Below are positions 16,634 through 25,568 of a stretch of 31,087 bases of DNA, piece after piece. The translations under genes and the position numbers were made by a program. This DNA comes from a virus (lineage: Duplodnaviria; Caudoviricetes): IMG/VR virus record IMGVR_UViG_3300037467_000274, positions 1 to 31,087 of that record. One strand, written 5' to 3'. The stretch's first letter is position 1; every line of letters starts with the position of its first letter. The notes below the pieces were generated by a model. The model made no database searches, had not been told where the DNA came from, and saw only the letters and a program-made list of their open reading frames with translations.

Positions 16634-17043
16634 GCCTCGCCGACACGCTCGCGGCGGGTCGGGCAGCAGCAGAGGCGCGCATGCCCTCTGTGGCGAAGGT
16701 CCACCGCAAGACGGGCAGCGCAAGCCAGAACGAGTCCACGGGGCTCGTGTCGCCGACGTGGACGGACGTCATCACCTCGACACCGTTCCGTCTGAGCGGC
16801 GCGGTGCGCGGCTCGGCGTCTTACCGCACGCAGGATCTCGGCGCGGACGTCGAGGTCGCTTCCCGTATCGGCCACTTCCCTGCCGCCACGACCGGTTTGC
16901 AGGACGGCGACTACGTCGAGATCACCTCGGGGGAGAACGCGGGGCTCGTGTTCCGCATCATCGAGGCCACGTGGCAGGACCAGGCGACCGCTGTGCGGGT
17001 CCCGGTCGAGGCTGTTGTTCGTCCGACCGAGTGGGGTGCGTGA
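16630..17043 (+). CDS. Head-to-tail stopper (DUF6093-like)
   Basis: GRAAAEARM...QATAVRVPV; synteny. Confidence 0.78.
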   Translation: MSLADTLAAGRAAAEARMPSVAKVHRKTGSASQNESTGLVSPTWTDVITSTPFRLSGAVRGSASYRTQDLGADVEVASRIGHFPAATTGLQDGDYVEITSGENAGLVFRIIEATWQDQATAVRVPVEAVVRPTEWGA

Positions 17044-17405
17044 TGGCTACTGTTCGCGTCATCGGCGGCGTCGGCGACCTGGCGGCCGCCCTCAGCGACA
17101 TCCCGGCTAAGGCCATCACCGAGGGCTCGAAGGTTGTCCGCAAGAACGTCCGCGCTGGCAGCACATCAGCCCGGGCGTTCGCGCGCGAACTGTCCGGCCC
17201 GCACGGCAAGGACTACTACAAGCGCATCGGCTGGGAGATGACCGGTGCGCTCCAGGGCGAGTACGGCCCCCACGATGGCGGCCTCCCCGTCGGCGGCGGC
17301 TGGCGTCACGGCACACCGAACACCGAGCTGGAGAAGTCCCAAGACGTCATCGGCCCGAAGTTCGAGAAGGACGTCGGCGACATGGTCGACAGGCTGTTCT
17401 GGTGA
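17043..17405 (+). CDS. Neck/tail-completion protein (HK97 gp10-like)
   Basis: Synteny and size; TGATG coupling. Confidence 0.65.
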   Translation: MATVRVIGGVGDLAAALSDIPAKAITEGSKVVRKNVRAGSTSARAFARELSGPHGKDYYKRIGWEMTGALQGEYGPHDGGLPVGGGWRHGTPNTELEKSQDVIGPKFEKDVGDMVDRLFW

Positions 17406-17812
17406 CCGCCTCGCCCCTCGATGAGCGCGCGCACCGCGACGTCATCGCGCCGCTGCTGACCGCGACTCTCGGCGCGAACCGGGTCTGCGACTACGGCGGC
17501 GTCCCCGGTGCGGACAACAACCCCGGCACGGTCCCTGACCTATTCGCACTGCCCGCCTTCGAGCGCCGCTACGTCGAGCCCTACCACGCCGGCCGCGCGA
17601 CACGCTCGGGCTGGCGGCTCACCGTCCGCTACGTCGGACGCACAGTGGACGAGGCGCGCTGGGCGGCGCTGAAAGTAGCAACGGCCCTCAACGAGGTCCG
17701 CGTGACCATCGGCGGGATCGAGTCCACGCCGATCACGCATGAGTCCACGCAGGCCATTGCGCCCGACGACGGCCGTTTCTCCGGCTGGTCCGTCTGGACC
17801 TACGCCCTCTAG
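17402..17812 (+). CDS. Tail terminator protein
   Basis: Synteny; TVRYVGRTVDEARW. Confidence 0.7.
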   Translation: MTASPLDERAHRDVIAPLLTATLGANRVCDYGGVPGADNNPGTVPDLFALPAFERRYVEPYHAGRATRSGWRLTVRYVGRTVDEARWAALKVATALNEVRVTIGGIESTPITHESTQAIAPDDGRFSGWSVWTYAL

Positions 17813-17839
17813 CACGCACCCCCGACACAACAACCCGCC

Positions 17840-17877
17840 AAGGCCCCGCCCCAGTCGCGGGCCTTTGTCATGCCCGG
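17840..17877 (+). terminator. Hairpin (terminator/attenuator-like)
   Basis: AAGGCCC (17840-17846) pairs with GGGCCTT (17859-17865), followed by TGTCATGCCCGG. Confidence 0.55.
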
Positions 17878-17886
17878 AGGCCCCCA

Positions 17887-18165
17887 ATGCCCGACCTCGT
17901 CCGAGTACTGCTGGCTGACGGCCGCGACTGCAACGTCGGTCGCGCCTACGCCATCGCGCACGGCCTGGAGATCGTCGACCTCCCGACCCACGACATCTCC
18001 GGGCAGGCCATCCCTCCGCAGCGGTCGGGGCGCGAGGCCAAGCCGAAGCAGTCGATCAGCACCCTCGCGGCCAACAGGGCCGCCCCCAAGACTCCCGCCG
18101 CACCCGCGACGGAGAAGGCGGCGACGCCCGCCGACAGCACCGACAACCGCCTTCCGAAGGAGTAG
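17887..18165 (+). CDS. Small hypothetical protein of the virion region
   Basis: SD GGAGG; Ala/Pro/Thr-rich C-terminus. Confidence 0.75.
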   Translation: MPDLVRVLLADGRDCNVGRAYAIAHGLEIVDLPTHDISGQAIPPQRSGREAKPKQSISTLAANRAAPKTPAAPATEKAATPADSTDNRLPKE

Positions 18166-18169
18166 AGCC

Positions 18170-18712
18170 ATGCCGCTCTCCATGCCCACGACCATCAAGA
18201 GCCAGGGGAACTCGCTCCTCATCGTGCTCCCCACGCCGCCGGTCAGCCTGACCGCGCCGACCAAGGCCGAGCTGAACGCCGGCAAGTTCATCACCTGCCA
18301 CATCTACGGCTCGTGGTCGATCACGCCGAGCCAGAACACCGGAGAGGCGCCCCGCAAGGCGTGCTCGACGATCGTCGGCCAGCAGCTCGGCAACGTCACG
18401 TACCCGCCGATCGAGATCCAGTACTCCTACGTTCCGCAGGCGCTCGGAACCCCCGGTTCTGCGGGCAACGAGGCGTTCGAGGCGCTCGTTCCCGGCTCGG
18501 TCGTGTTCCTCGCGGAGGGCGTCGGCCTGGACGGCAAGACGTCGGCCCTGTCGACCGGGGCGCTGGTGAACCTGCTCAAGCAGGTCACGTGCGGTGTCCA
18601 GCGGCGCGGCATGACCGGCGACGGCGAGTTCGACGAGTTCTCGGTCACCCAGAGCCTCGTCCTCGCTGACGGCACTGAGCCGAAGTTCGACTACGCCGTT
18701 CCCTCGAGCTGA
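18170..18712 (+). CDS. Major tail (tube) protein
   Basis: SD AAGGAG; APTKAELNAGKFITCHI...IQYSYVPQ. Confidence 0.85.
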   Translation: MPLSMPTTIKSQGNSLLIVLPTPPVSLTAPTKAELNAGKFITCHIYGSWSITPSQNTGEAPRKACSTIVGQQLGNVTYPPIEIQYSYVPQALGTPGSAGNEAFEALVPGSVVFLAEGVGLDGKTSALSTGALVNLLKQVTCGVQRRGMTGDGEFDEFSVTQSLVLADGTEPKFDYAVPSS

Positions 18713-18720
18713 TCCCTGAC

Positions 18721-18783
18721 GACGCGGGCGGCGGTTGCCGAGTCCGTCGCCCGCGTCTCTCCACTCGGCTGCTCGGCGAGGAG
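18721..18783 (+). promoter_or_regulatory. 14-bp hairpin with pseudoknot potential next to an SD
   Basis: Stem 18721-18734/18744-18757; loop GCCGAGT is complementary to ACTCGGC (18763-18769). Confidence 0.6.
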
Positions 18784-18788
18784 AAGTC

Positions 18789-19046
18789 ATGGCGCACATT
18801 CAGATCAACAAGACGAAGCGCGGCGGACCCGTGCAGATCGTCATCAACGGCATCGACTACAGCGATGAACTCTTTCGCGACTTCGAGATTGTCGAGGTTG
18901 GCGAGGGTGAGTACGCCGAGGTTGGCCTTCGAGTCACCTTTGCGGTCGGCACGCTCGACCTTGACGCCGACGCCGACGTGCGGATCACGGATCGACTCCC
19001 GGCCGTGGCGCAGAGGGTTCGTGCCATCTGTGAGGACGTCGCCTGA
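18789..19046 (+). CDS. 85-aa acidic hypothetical protein between the tail tube and chaperone genes
   Basis: SD GAGGAG; TGATG-coupled to the chaperone gene. Confidence 0.78.
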   Translation: MAHIQINKTKRGGPVQIVINGIDYSDELFRDFEIVEVGEGEYAEVGLRVTFAVGTLDLDADADVRITDRLPAVAQRVRAICEDVA

Positions 19047-19669
19047 TGCCCACCCTGGACGAACTGCGCTCCCGGCCCTCGGCGTCACTGCCGAAGGCCA
19101 CCCGCACTGTCACCCTGATCGAGGGCCAGCACCTCCTCGACGTCTCGCAGCGACTCGCCGAGGAGCGCATGGACCTGCTGATGCAGGCAGCGCGCACCGA
19201 CGAGACCGGCGAGGCGGTCAAGCAGCCCCGCAAGGCCGGTGAGAGTGACCTGCCGCCGCGTGTCGCCGAGATCGACGCCGAGATGGTCGCCCTCGCTGCA
19301 CAACTGCCCGACCACCAAGGCGAGGTCGGTCTGAGTGGCATGCTCCCCGGCGCGTGGTTGCGCTACCGGGAGGACCACCCGCCGCGGGAGAACAACGAAC
19401 TCGACCTGCGGCTCGCTCGCGGCCTGGTCAACGCCTCAGAGTTGTTCGCCGACCTCGGCACGTTCGTCTCCGAGTGGGACGGCGAGGCGCTCAAGCCTGA
19501 CGACTGGTCCTCGTGGCTGGCTGACCGGATCATCTACGCCGACCTGCGCGACCTCGTCACCGAGGTTGTCGACATGCATGAGCGGAGCCTTCCCCGCGCC
19601 CCAAAATCGCCGAGCGTCTCATCCGAGACGCCGAGTGGCGCGAACGACTCCGACTCGCCCTCGACCTAG
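19046..19669 (+). CDS. Tail assembly chaperone (gpG-like)
   Basis: Position upstream of the tape measure gene; slippery site near its 3' end. Confidence 0.85.
   Translation: MPTLDELRSRPSASLPKATRTVTLIEGQHLLDVSQRLAEERMDLLMQAARTDETGEAVKQPRKAGESDLPPRVAEIDAEMVALAAQLPDHQGEVGLSGMLPGAWLRYREDHPPRENNELDLRLARGLVNASELFADLGTFVSEWDGEALKPDDWSSWLADRIIYADLRDLVTEVVDMHERSLPRAPKSPSVSSETPSGANDSDSPST
19600..19606 (+). other. Programmed -1 frameshift site C CCA AAA
   Basis: XXXYYYZ heptamer in phase with gpG; the -1 frame is open from 19600 to 20091. Confidence 0.85.
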
Positions 19670-20091
19670 GGATCAGTGAGCGACGGCTCCTCGGTTGGGA
19701 GCCGGCCGAGGTCCACGAGCACGTCTATGACGACGACGGGCGTTTGGTTCGCACCGTCGTCACCCGTGAGGCCGAGTGGGACGACGCTGAGCGGGAGAAA
19801 CTGCTGGGCCTGGCGCTGTACGAGGCCGAGATCTGCGAGTGCGGGATCCATTCCTCGCTCGCCCACGACCCGGAGCGCTGGTTCACGTTGGAGGACCAGC
19901 GCTGCCCGCTGTGCGCCGACCTCGCGATCCAGGCGCGGATCCAGGGCGAGAAGGACCGCAAGGTTGCCGAGCGCTTCAAGGACCAGCCCGACGCCAAGCG
20001 CGGCTCCGACGGCCGCCGTTCGTTCGTGCGCGAGATGACCCCAGATGAGGTCGACCAGATGAGGGAGGTGCGCCGTGGCAACAAGGACTGA
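19600..20091 (+). CDS. Frameshifted tail chaperone extension (gpGT, T part)
   Basis: The -1 frame reads PKIAERLIRDAEWRERLRLALDLGISERRLLGWEP...EWDDAER...CECG...CPLC; no good independent SD. Confidence 0.82.
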   Translation, partial: PKIAERLIRDAEWRERLRLALDLGISERRLLGWEPAEVHEHVYDDDGRLVRTVVTREAEWDDAEREKLLGLALYEAEICECGIHSSLAHDPERWFTLEDQRCPLCADLAIQARIQGEKDRKVAERFKDQPDAKRGSDGRRSFVREMTPDEVDQMREVRRGNKD

Positions 20092-23000
20092 GCGCGTCGT
20101 CCTCGAGTTGGACGACCGCTTCTCCACGAAGATGGCGAAGGCTGCCGCAGCGACCGCGATGCTGGACAGCGCACTGCATGACCTCGACGGCTCCTCGGTC
20201 GACACCGGCCGGAGCATCGACAAGACGACCGGCCGGACAAAGGAGTACACGCTCCAGACCGCGATCGCGGAGGAGCGTGCCCGGCGGTTCAAGTCGTCCC
20301 TGCGTGACGAGGCGAAGGCTGCTCTCGACGCCGAGCGGGGCATCGGGCGCACGCGGGTCGAGGTCGACCGGCTCGCCACCTCGTCGCGCTCGGCAGGCCA
20401 GGAGATCGACCGACTGGAGGGTCGGACGAGGCTTCTCACCGACGCCGCATTGATCGCGGGGCCTTCCCTGATCCCCCTCGGGAGTCTCGCGGTCCCTGCG
20501 GTCGCCGGGCTCGCCAGCCAGTTCGGCTTCGCGGCGACCGCGGCCGTGACTGCGGTCGTGGCGTTCCAGGGCGTCGGCAAGGCGCTGACGACGTTCAACG
20601 CGGCCTCGCTCAACCCGACCACGGAGAACATCAAGAAGGCTAGGCAGGCCCTCGAGGCGCTGTCCCCGGCTGGCCGAGACCTCGTGCACCAGCTCGAGTC
20701 GCTCAAGCCGGTGTTCACCGATCTGCGCAATACCGCGCAGGAAGGGCTGTTCCCGGGGATCAGCAAGGGCCTGGAGTCGATCCAGCGCCTCGCGCCGACC
20801 CTGGACAGCATCCTCGCTCACGTCTCCAACACGCTCGGGGACCTGATCGCCAAGGGCGCCAACGCGCTGGCCGGCGACAAGTGGGCCTCGTTCTTCACGA
20901 TGCTCTCCGCTGAGGCCCGCCCGGCGTTGCAGGCGATGGCGCACGCGATCAGCTCCGTGGTCCACGGGCTCGGGGAGATGTGGAAGAACTTCGCGCCCCT
21001 GAACCGCGACTTCGGCAACTGGCTCGCCGACACTGCTCGCTCCTTCGACAAGTGGGCGACCGGGCTCGACCAGACCGCGGGGTTCCAGGACTTCGTGGAG
21101 TACATCCGCACGACCGGCCCCCAGGTGGCCAGCACCCTCGGGGCGCTCGCCAACGCGCTGATCCAGATCACCGAGGCGGTTGCGCCGTTCGGCGGGCCGT
21201 CTTTGAAGATCATTGAGGCGTTCGCCAACGCGCTCGCGAAGATCGCCGACAGCGACATTGGCGCCCCGCTCTTTGGTGCCGTCGCGGCCCTCGCGCTGCT
21301 GAACCGCGGCCTGGCGGTCACTGCCGGTTTGCAGACTCGCCTCACCGGAAGCACGGCGCTCAGGGGCGGCCTGGCGTCGGGCGGCATCTTCGGGATGTAC
21401 AAGACTGGCGCCGCCAGCGTCCGCGAGTTCACCGACGCCCTGCTCTATGTGCCGGACGCGCAGGAGCGAGCCACCAAGAGCTTTGAGCAACTCCAGGCCG
21501 AGGAGCGCACTCGGCAGGCGACCGTCGCCCGCGGAATCGGCGCGGCAGGTAAGGCCGCTGCGGCAGTCGCGGGGCTCACCCTGGTCACCACTGGCCTTGG
21601 TGACAGCCTCGGCGTGACGAACACCGCCACGCTCGGCCTCGCCGGCAGCATGGCCGGTCCGTGGGGAACGGCTCTCGGTACGGCGACCGGATTGGCGCTG
21701 GACTTCGCTGCGGCGAACAACGACGTCATGGATTCCATGAGCCGCCTGACCGCCCTCGCGAATTCGGATGCCACGTTCGAGCAGTTCTCCACCGGTCTCG
21801 CGCAGGCGAAGAAGGATCTCGAGGACTTCCGCAAGGAAGCCGAGATCAAGCCGCAGGACCCGAACTCCATCCCTGGCTTCGGCGGCAACGAGCCCGACAG
21901 CGGCACGGCATTCACTCAGTTGAAGAACTGGACCGAGAGCCTATTCGGCAACTCTGATGTCGAGGAGGCGCAGGCCAAGTACGACGCCGCTGCCGCAGCG
22001 ATCGCGAACACCGAGGCGGCCGCGCGCGGCCTCGCGGCTGCGATGCACGTCGACATCTTCGGCTCCCAGTCCGCTCAGTTGCAGCAGCTCGACGGCGTCA
22101 TTGCCAACGCTCAGCCCGCGATGGCGAAGCTCGGCGTCACGTGGGACGACGTGGTTGCCGCTATGCGCCGTCAGGACCTCGCGAAGAACCTCGCGTGGCT
22201 GGGGTTTCCGATCAGGGGCGCCCACGCCTTCGATCGCCTGTCCGGCGCCATTGCGCGCACGCAGCACCAGATTGACCACACCGCCGCGCACGCCGCCCGC
22301 CTCCGCGCGATCAGCCAGGCAGCGGAGGCCGGGGCCAAGTCGTTCGTCGACTTCGGCCACAAGGCCAAGGCTGCTGACTTCACCCTTGACGGCTGGCTCG
22401 ACAAGATGGAGAAGGGCATCCAGGCGATGCGCGACTTCCGGCATAACGCCGAGCAGGCTGCCGAGAAGGGGCTCCGGCAAGGGCTGATCAACCAGCTTCG
22501 GTCGATGGGCACCGAGGGCGCGTTGCAGCTCCAGCGGCTCGCGCACGCCACCAAAGCGCAGATTGGCCGCGCCAACCGCGACTGGGACGCCTACTCCCGG
22601 GAGGTCCGGCTCGCAGGCAAGAACACTCGCGACACGGGCGACGCGGTCGATCAAGTGGGCCGCAAGAAGGCCCATCCGCAGATCGTTCTCGACGGCTGGG
22701 AAGCGGCGATCGCCCACGCGCACTCCACCCAGGCCGCGATCGACGCCATGCACGGTACGACGGTCACGATCACCGTCAACCACGTGAACGCCTTCGGGTC
22801 CTCAACCGGCGCGACCCTCGACTCCCATGGCTCGGTCAACGGCCACGGCGGACGGTACGCAACCGGCGGCTACACGGGCGACGGCGGCAAGTACGAGCCC
22901 GCGGGCGTCGTGCACCGCCGCGAGGTCGTGCTGCCCTCAGAGGTCGTCGACCGCGACGCGGCATTCCTGCGTTCGCGGTACGGCTACCTGCCCGGAATGC

Positions 23001-23704
23001 ACAACCTACCCGGCTACGCCAACGGCGGCTTGGTGGGCGGCGCGGACACGCACAACAGCAACGACGAGACAGGCCGCGAGGCGCATCACGCGGCGATGGA
23101 ACTCAAGCACCTGCGCGCGGAGTTGAAGGCATCCTCGGCCGCGGTCGACAAGGAGCGTCAGCAGCGCGACGCCCTGGTCGAGAAGATGAAGCAACTGTCC
23201 ACCGACATCCAGGGCGGCTTGCGTTCGGACCTGTTCGGCGAGTCCGACCCGTGGGCGTCGAAGTTCGGGGGCTCCTCGCCGTTCGGCGTCATGAGCACCC
23301 TGCGCGGCGACATCCACAGCGGTCGCGAGGAGCGGGCGGCGATCGAGGAGTTGAAGCGCAAGGGGCTGACCGGCCCTGCGCTCGCGGAGGTTCTGCGCGA
23401 GGGCGGCCTGTCTGGTGCGCAGGCGTTCGCGAACCTCTCGCGCTCGAAGCTGGCCGAGTACGCGCGCCTGTTCAACGAGCGCAACAAGGTGCTGCACAGC
23501 GTCGGCAGCCTCGGTGCGAATGCGGCATTCGGCGGCCGTCTCACCGACGAGAACCGGACCCTGCATGCCGCGGTTCGGCACCTGCACGCGATCCAGAACG
23601 AGATCCACCACCTGCGCAAGCGGAACCACCAGGACCACAAGGACGACCAGAAGGCCGGCCAGCGTGGCGCGGGTCGGGGTCGCAGGAACCAGAGGAAAGA
23701 CTGA
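20075..23704 (+). CDS. Tape measure protein
   Basis: 1209-aa Ala/Gly-rich helical protein after the chaperones; YATGGYTGDGGKYEPAGVVH motif. Confidence 0.94.
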   Translation: MATRTERVVLELDDRFSTKMAKAAAATAMLDSALHDLDGSSVDTGRSIDKTTGRTKEYTLQTAIAEERARRFKSSLRDEAKAALDAERGIGRTRVEVDRLATSSRSAGQEIDRLEGRTRLLTDAALIAGPSLIPLGSLAVPAVAGLASQFGFAATAAVTAVVAFQGVGKALTTFNAASLNPTTENIKKARQALEALSPAGRDLVHQLESLKPVFTDLRNTAQEGLFPGISKGLESIQRLAPTLDSILAHVSNTLGDLIAKGANALAGDKWASFFTMLSAEARPALQAMAHAISSVVHGLGEMWKNFAPLNRDFGNWLADTARSFDKWATGLDQTAGFQDFVEYIRTTGPQVASTLGALANALIQITEAVAPFGGPSLKIIEAFANALAKIADSDIGAPLFGAVAALALLNRGLAVTAGLQTRLTGSTALRGGLASGGIFGMYKTGAASVREFTDALLYVPDAQERATKSFEQLQAEERTRQATVARGIGAAGKAAAAVAGLTLVTTGLGDSLGVTNTATLGLAGSMAGPWGTALGTATGLALDFAAANNDVMDSMSRLTALANSDATFEQFSTGLAQAKKDLEDFRKEAEIKPQDPNSIPGFGGNEPDSGTAFTQLKNWTESLFGNSDVEEAQAKYDAAAAAIANTEAAARGLAAAMHVDIFGSQSAQLQQLDGVIANAQPAMAKLGVTWDDVVAAMRRQDLAKNLAWLGFPIRGAHAFDRLSGAIARTQHQIDHTAAHAARLRAISQAAEAGAKSFVDFGHKAKAADFTLDGWLDKMEKGIQAMRDFRHNAEQAAEKGLRQGLINQLRSMGTEGALQLQRLAHATKAQIGRANRDWDAYSREVRLAGKNTRDTGDAVDQVGRKKAHPQIVLDGWEAAIAHAHSTQAAIDAMHGTTVTITVNHVNAFGSSTGATLDSHGSVNGHGGRYATGGYTGDGGKYEPAGVVHRREVVLPSEVVDRDAAFLRSRYGYLPGMHNLPGYANGGLVGGADTHNSNDETGREAHHAAMELKHLRAELKASSAAVDKERQQRDALVEKMKQLSTDIQGGLRSDLFGESDPWASKFGGSSPFGVMSTLRGDIHSGREERAAIEELKRKGLTGPALAEVLREGGLSGAQAFANLSRSKLAEYARLFNERNKVLHSVGSLGANAAFGGRLTDENRTLHAAVRHLHAIQNEIHHLRKRNHQDHKDDQKAGQRGAGRGRRNQRKD

Positions 23705-25539
23705 TGCCCGCTCCCGTGCTCCAGGATCCGTCTGCGACCTGGGGCGTGCTGGAGTTCGTCGCGCCGGATGTGGTCAATGCCGACGCGTTCGCCGTGGAGG
23801 CGATGAGTGAGTTCGACCTTGGCAACCCGCAGCCGGTGGTCGAGGTGCTCAAGTCGCTGCTGATCGACGGCTCGCTTGCCGTGGTGACCGGTTGGGACAA
23901 CCGCGAGATCCCGATCCGTCTGCGGTTGTCGGCCAACGACGGCGAGCAGTTGGCGAAGGCTGAGGCGGCGCTGTTCCAGCAGTGTCAGCTCGACCAGCCG
24001 CCGCCGCTGGTGTGGACATCTCCGGTCGGCTCGTCGGCAGCGACGGTGTTCGACACGGTGGTCGCCGTTCTGGAGCGGGACAACTCCGAAGGCTGGGATC
24101 TCGAGGAGATCCTGCGCGGATACCGCTACTACAAGCTCACCCTGACCTGCCTGCCGTTCGCCCGCGCGGTCGAGTCGACGGTGGTCCCGGCGCTTCCGGT
24201 GCCGGTTGACCCGGAGGCAGAGGACTTCCACCTCGTCGATGACTGTGACTCGACGACGGGCTGGACGCGGGAGACCAACGGCGGCAGCCCGAGCGGGCCG
24301 ACCGTCGGAGGCGCCGGCGACGTCTACGTCGAAGCAACGATCAACGCCCCGAGCGACTACCTGCGACTGATTCGCACTGGGACGATCGCCGCCCCCACTG
24401 GCTACTACCTCGTGGCTGACGTGGCCTGGGACGCAGGTGTCGGTAACGACTTCATCACAGGCGCGTGGCGCGCGTACTACAACGGCACCTGGCACTCCCC
24501 GACCTCGGTCGCGGCGGGCATCGGCGAGGGCGGCTCAACGCGGCTGTTCTTCGAGGACGTCGGCACGATCGGCAGCGTCAAGATCGCCTTCGACTTCGCC
24601 ACCGTGACCGGTTCCTACGACGTGATCGTCCAGGTCTATCGCGTCGCCTACACCGACACGATCGGCTCGGCCACCACGACGACGAACCGGCAGCAGTCGC
24701 GCCTCGTCACAGTGTCCGGGTCGGCGCCGACACAGGCACAGCTGTCGCTGTACGACGGCACGACCATCCCCCCCGACCCGCTCGGCAAAGACATCCTCGT
24801 CTACACCACCCGCAGCACCGGCTTTACCCCGAACCTCAGGCAGTGGATCTCTACCTCCGAGGCGCCGACGGGCGACACCGCGATGGTTTCCGGCGCGCGG
24901 CACACGCTGGACACGCCGACGGTCTACCTGATCCCCGCCAGCCTGCTGACATCCGGGACCTACGCGCTTCTGGCGCGGATCATCCTCGATGACGACGCGA
25001 CGATCTCGTGGCAGGCGCGCATGGTCACCCTCGACGGCGCGGACACTGTTGGCTCCAGCGTGGTGATCTCCGGCTCGGTCGACCTGGCCGCGACCGGCAG
25101 CCCGTTCTCCGACGCCTACTTCGACGTCCTCGACATCGGCGCGATGGTGCTGCCGGTCGTGGACGTCTCCGGCTCGGACTACGCCGTGGAGCTAACCATC
25201 TCTGGTCCTGGCGGCGGCCTCGCTTGGCTTGACGAGGCGTGGCTGTTCAGCCTCGACGACGGCGTGCTGACGTGGATCCGCGACACCGAGAGCCTGACCA
25301 ACATCGAGATCCGTTCCCCCGAGCTCGGCGCAGCACGGCCGAGCGTGTGGGGCGGGGTGGGCGACCCGGGCGTCGCCATGTCGTGCATCGACTGGAAGTG
25401 CCTGTCGTTCGGCGCGCACCGGTTCGACCCGGGCGACATGCAGATCTTCACCGTCACCACGTCCTCGCTGGTGGCGCAGTGCCAGATCGAGTACTTCCCG
25501 CGCTTCCACTCCAACGTGCTCGGTGAGGCGACGTCCTGA
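23704..25539 (+). CDS. Minor tail protein (distal-tail-like, enlarged)
   Basis: TGATG-coupled to the TMP; NREIPIRLRL...LTLTCLPF N-terminal module followed by beta-rich domains. Confidence 0.78.
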   Translation: MPAPVLQDPSATWGVLEFVAPDVVNADAFAVEAMSEFDLGNPQPVVEVLKSLLIDGSLAVVTGWDNREIPIRLRLSANDGEQLAKAEAALFQQCQLDQPPPLVWTSPVGSSAATVFDTVVAVLERDNSEGWDLEEILRGYRYYKLTLTCLPFARAVESTVVPALPVPVDPEAEDFHLVDDCDSTTGWTRETNGGSPSGPTVGGAGDVYVEATINAPSDYLRLIRTGTIAAPTGYYLVADVAWDAGVGNDFITGAWRAYYNGTWHSPTSVAAGIGEGGSTRLFFEDVGTIGSVKIAFDFATVTGSYDVIVQVYRVAYTDTIGSATTTTNRQQSRLVTVSGSAPTQAQLSLYDGTTIPPDPLGKDILVYTTRSTGFTPNLRQWISTSEAPTGDTAMVSGARHTLDTPTVYLIPASLLTSGTYALLARIILDDDATISWQARMVTLDGADTVGSSVVISGSVDLAATGSPFSDAYFDVLDIGAMVLPVVDVSGSDYAVELTISGPGGGLAWLDEAWLFSLDDGVLTWIRDTESLTNIEIRSPELGAARPSVWGGVGDPGVAMSCIDWKCLSFGAHRFDPGDMQIFTVTTSSLVAQCQIEYFPRFHSNVLGEATS

Positions 25540-25568
25540 TGGGCGCCGGACAGAGGAGGTAGTCGACC

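Noticed and set aside
22855-22935. Enzymatic (metallopeptidase or lysozyme) domain in the tape measure protein
   Set aside because: The GGYTG...AGVVH motif is common in TMP C-termini and I could not identify a full catalytic motif set
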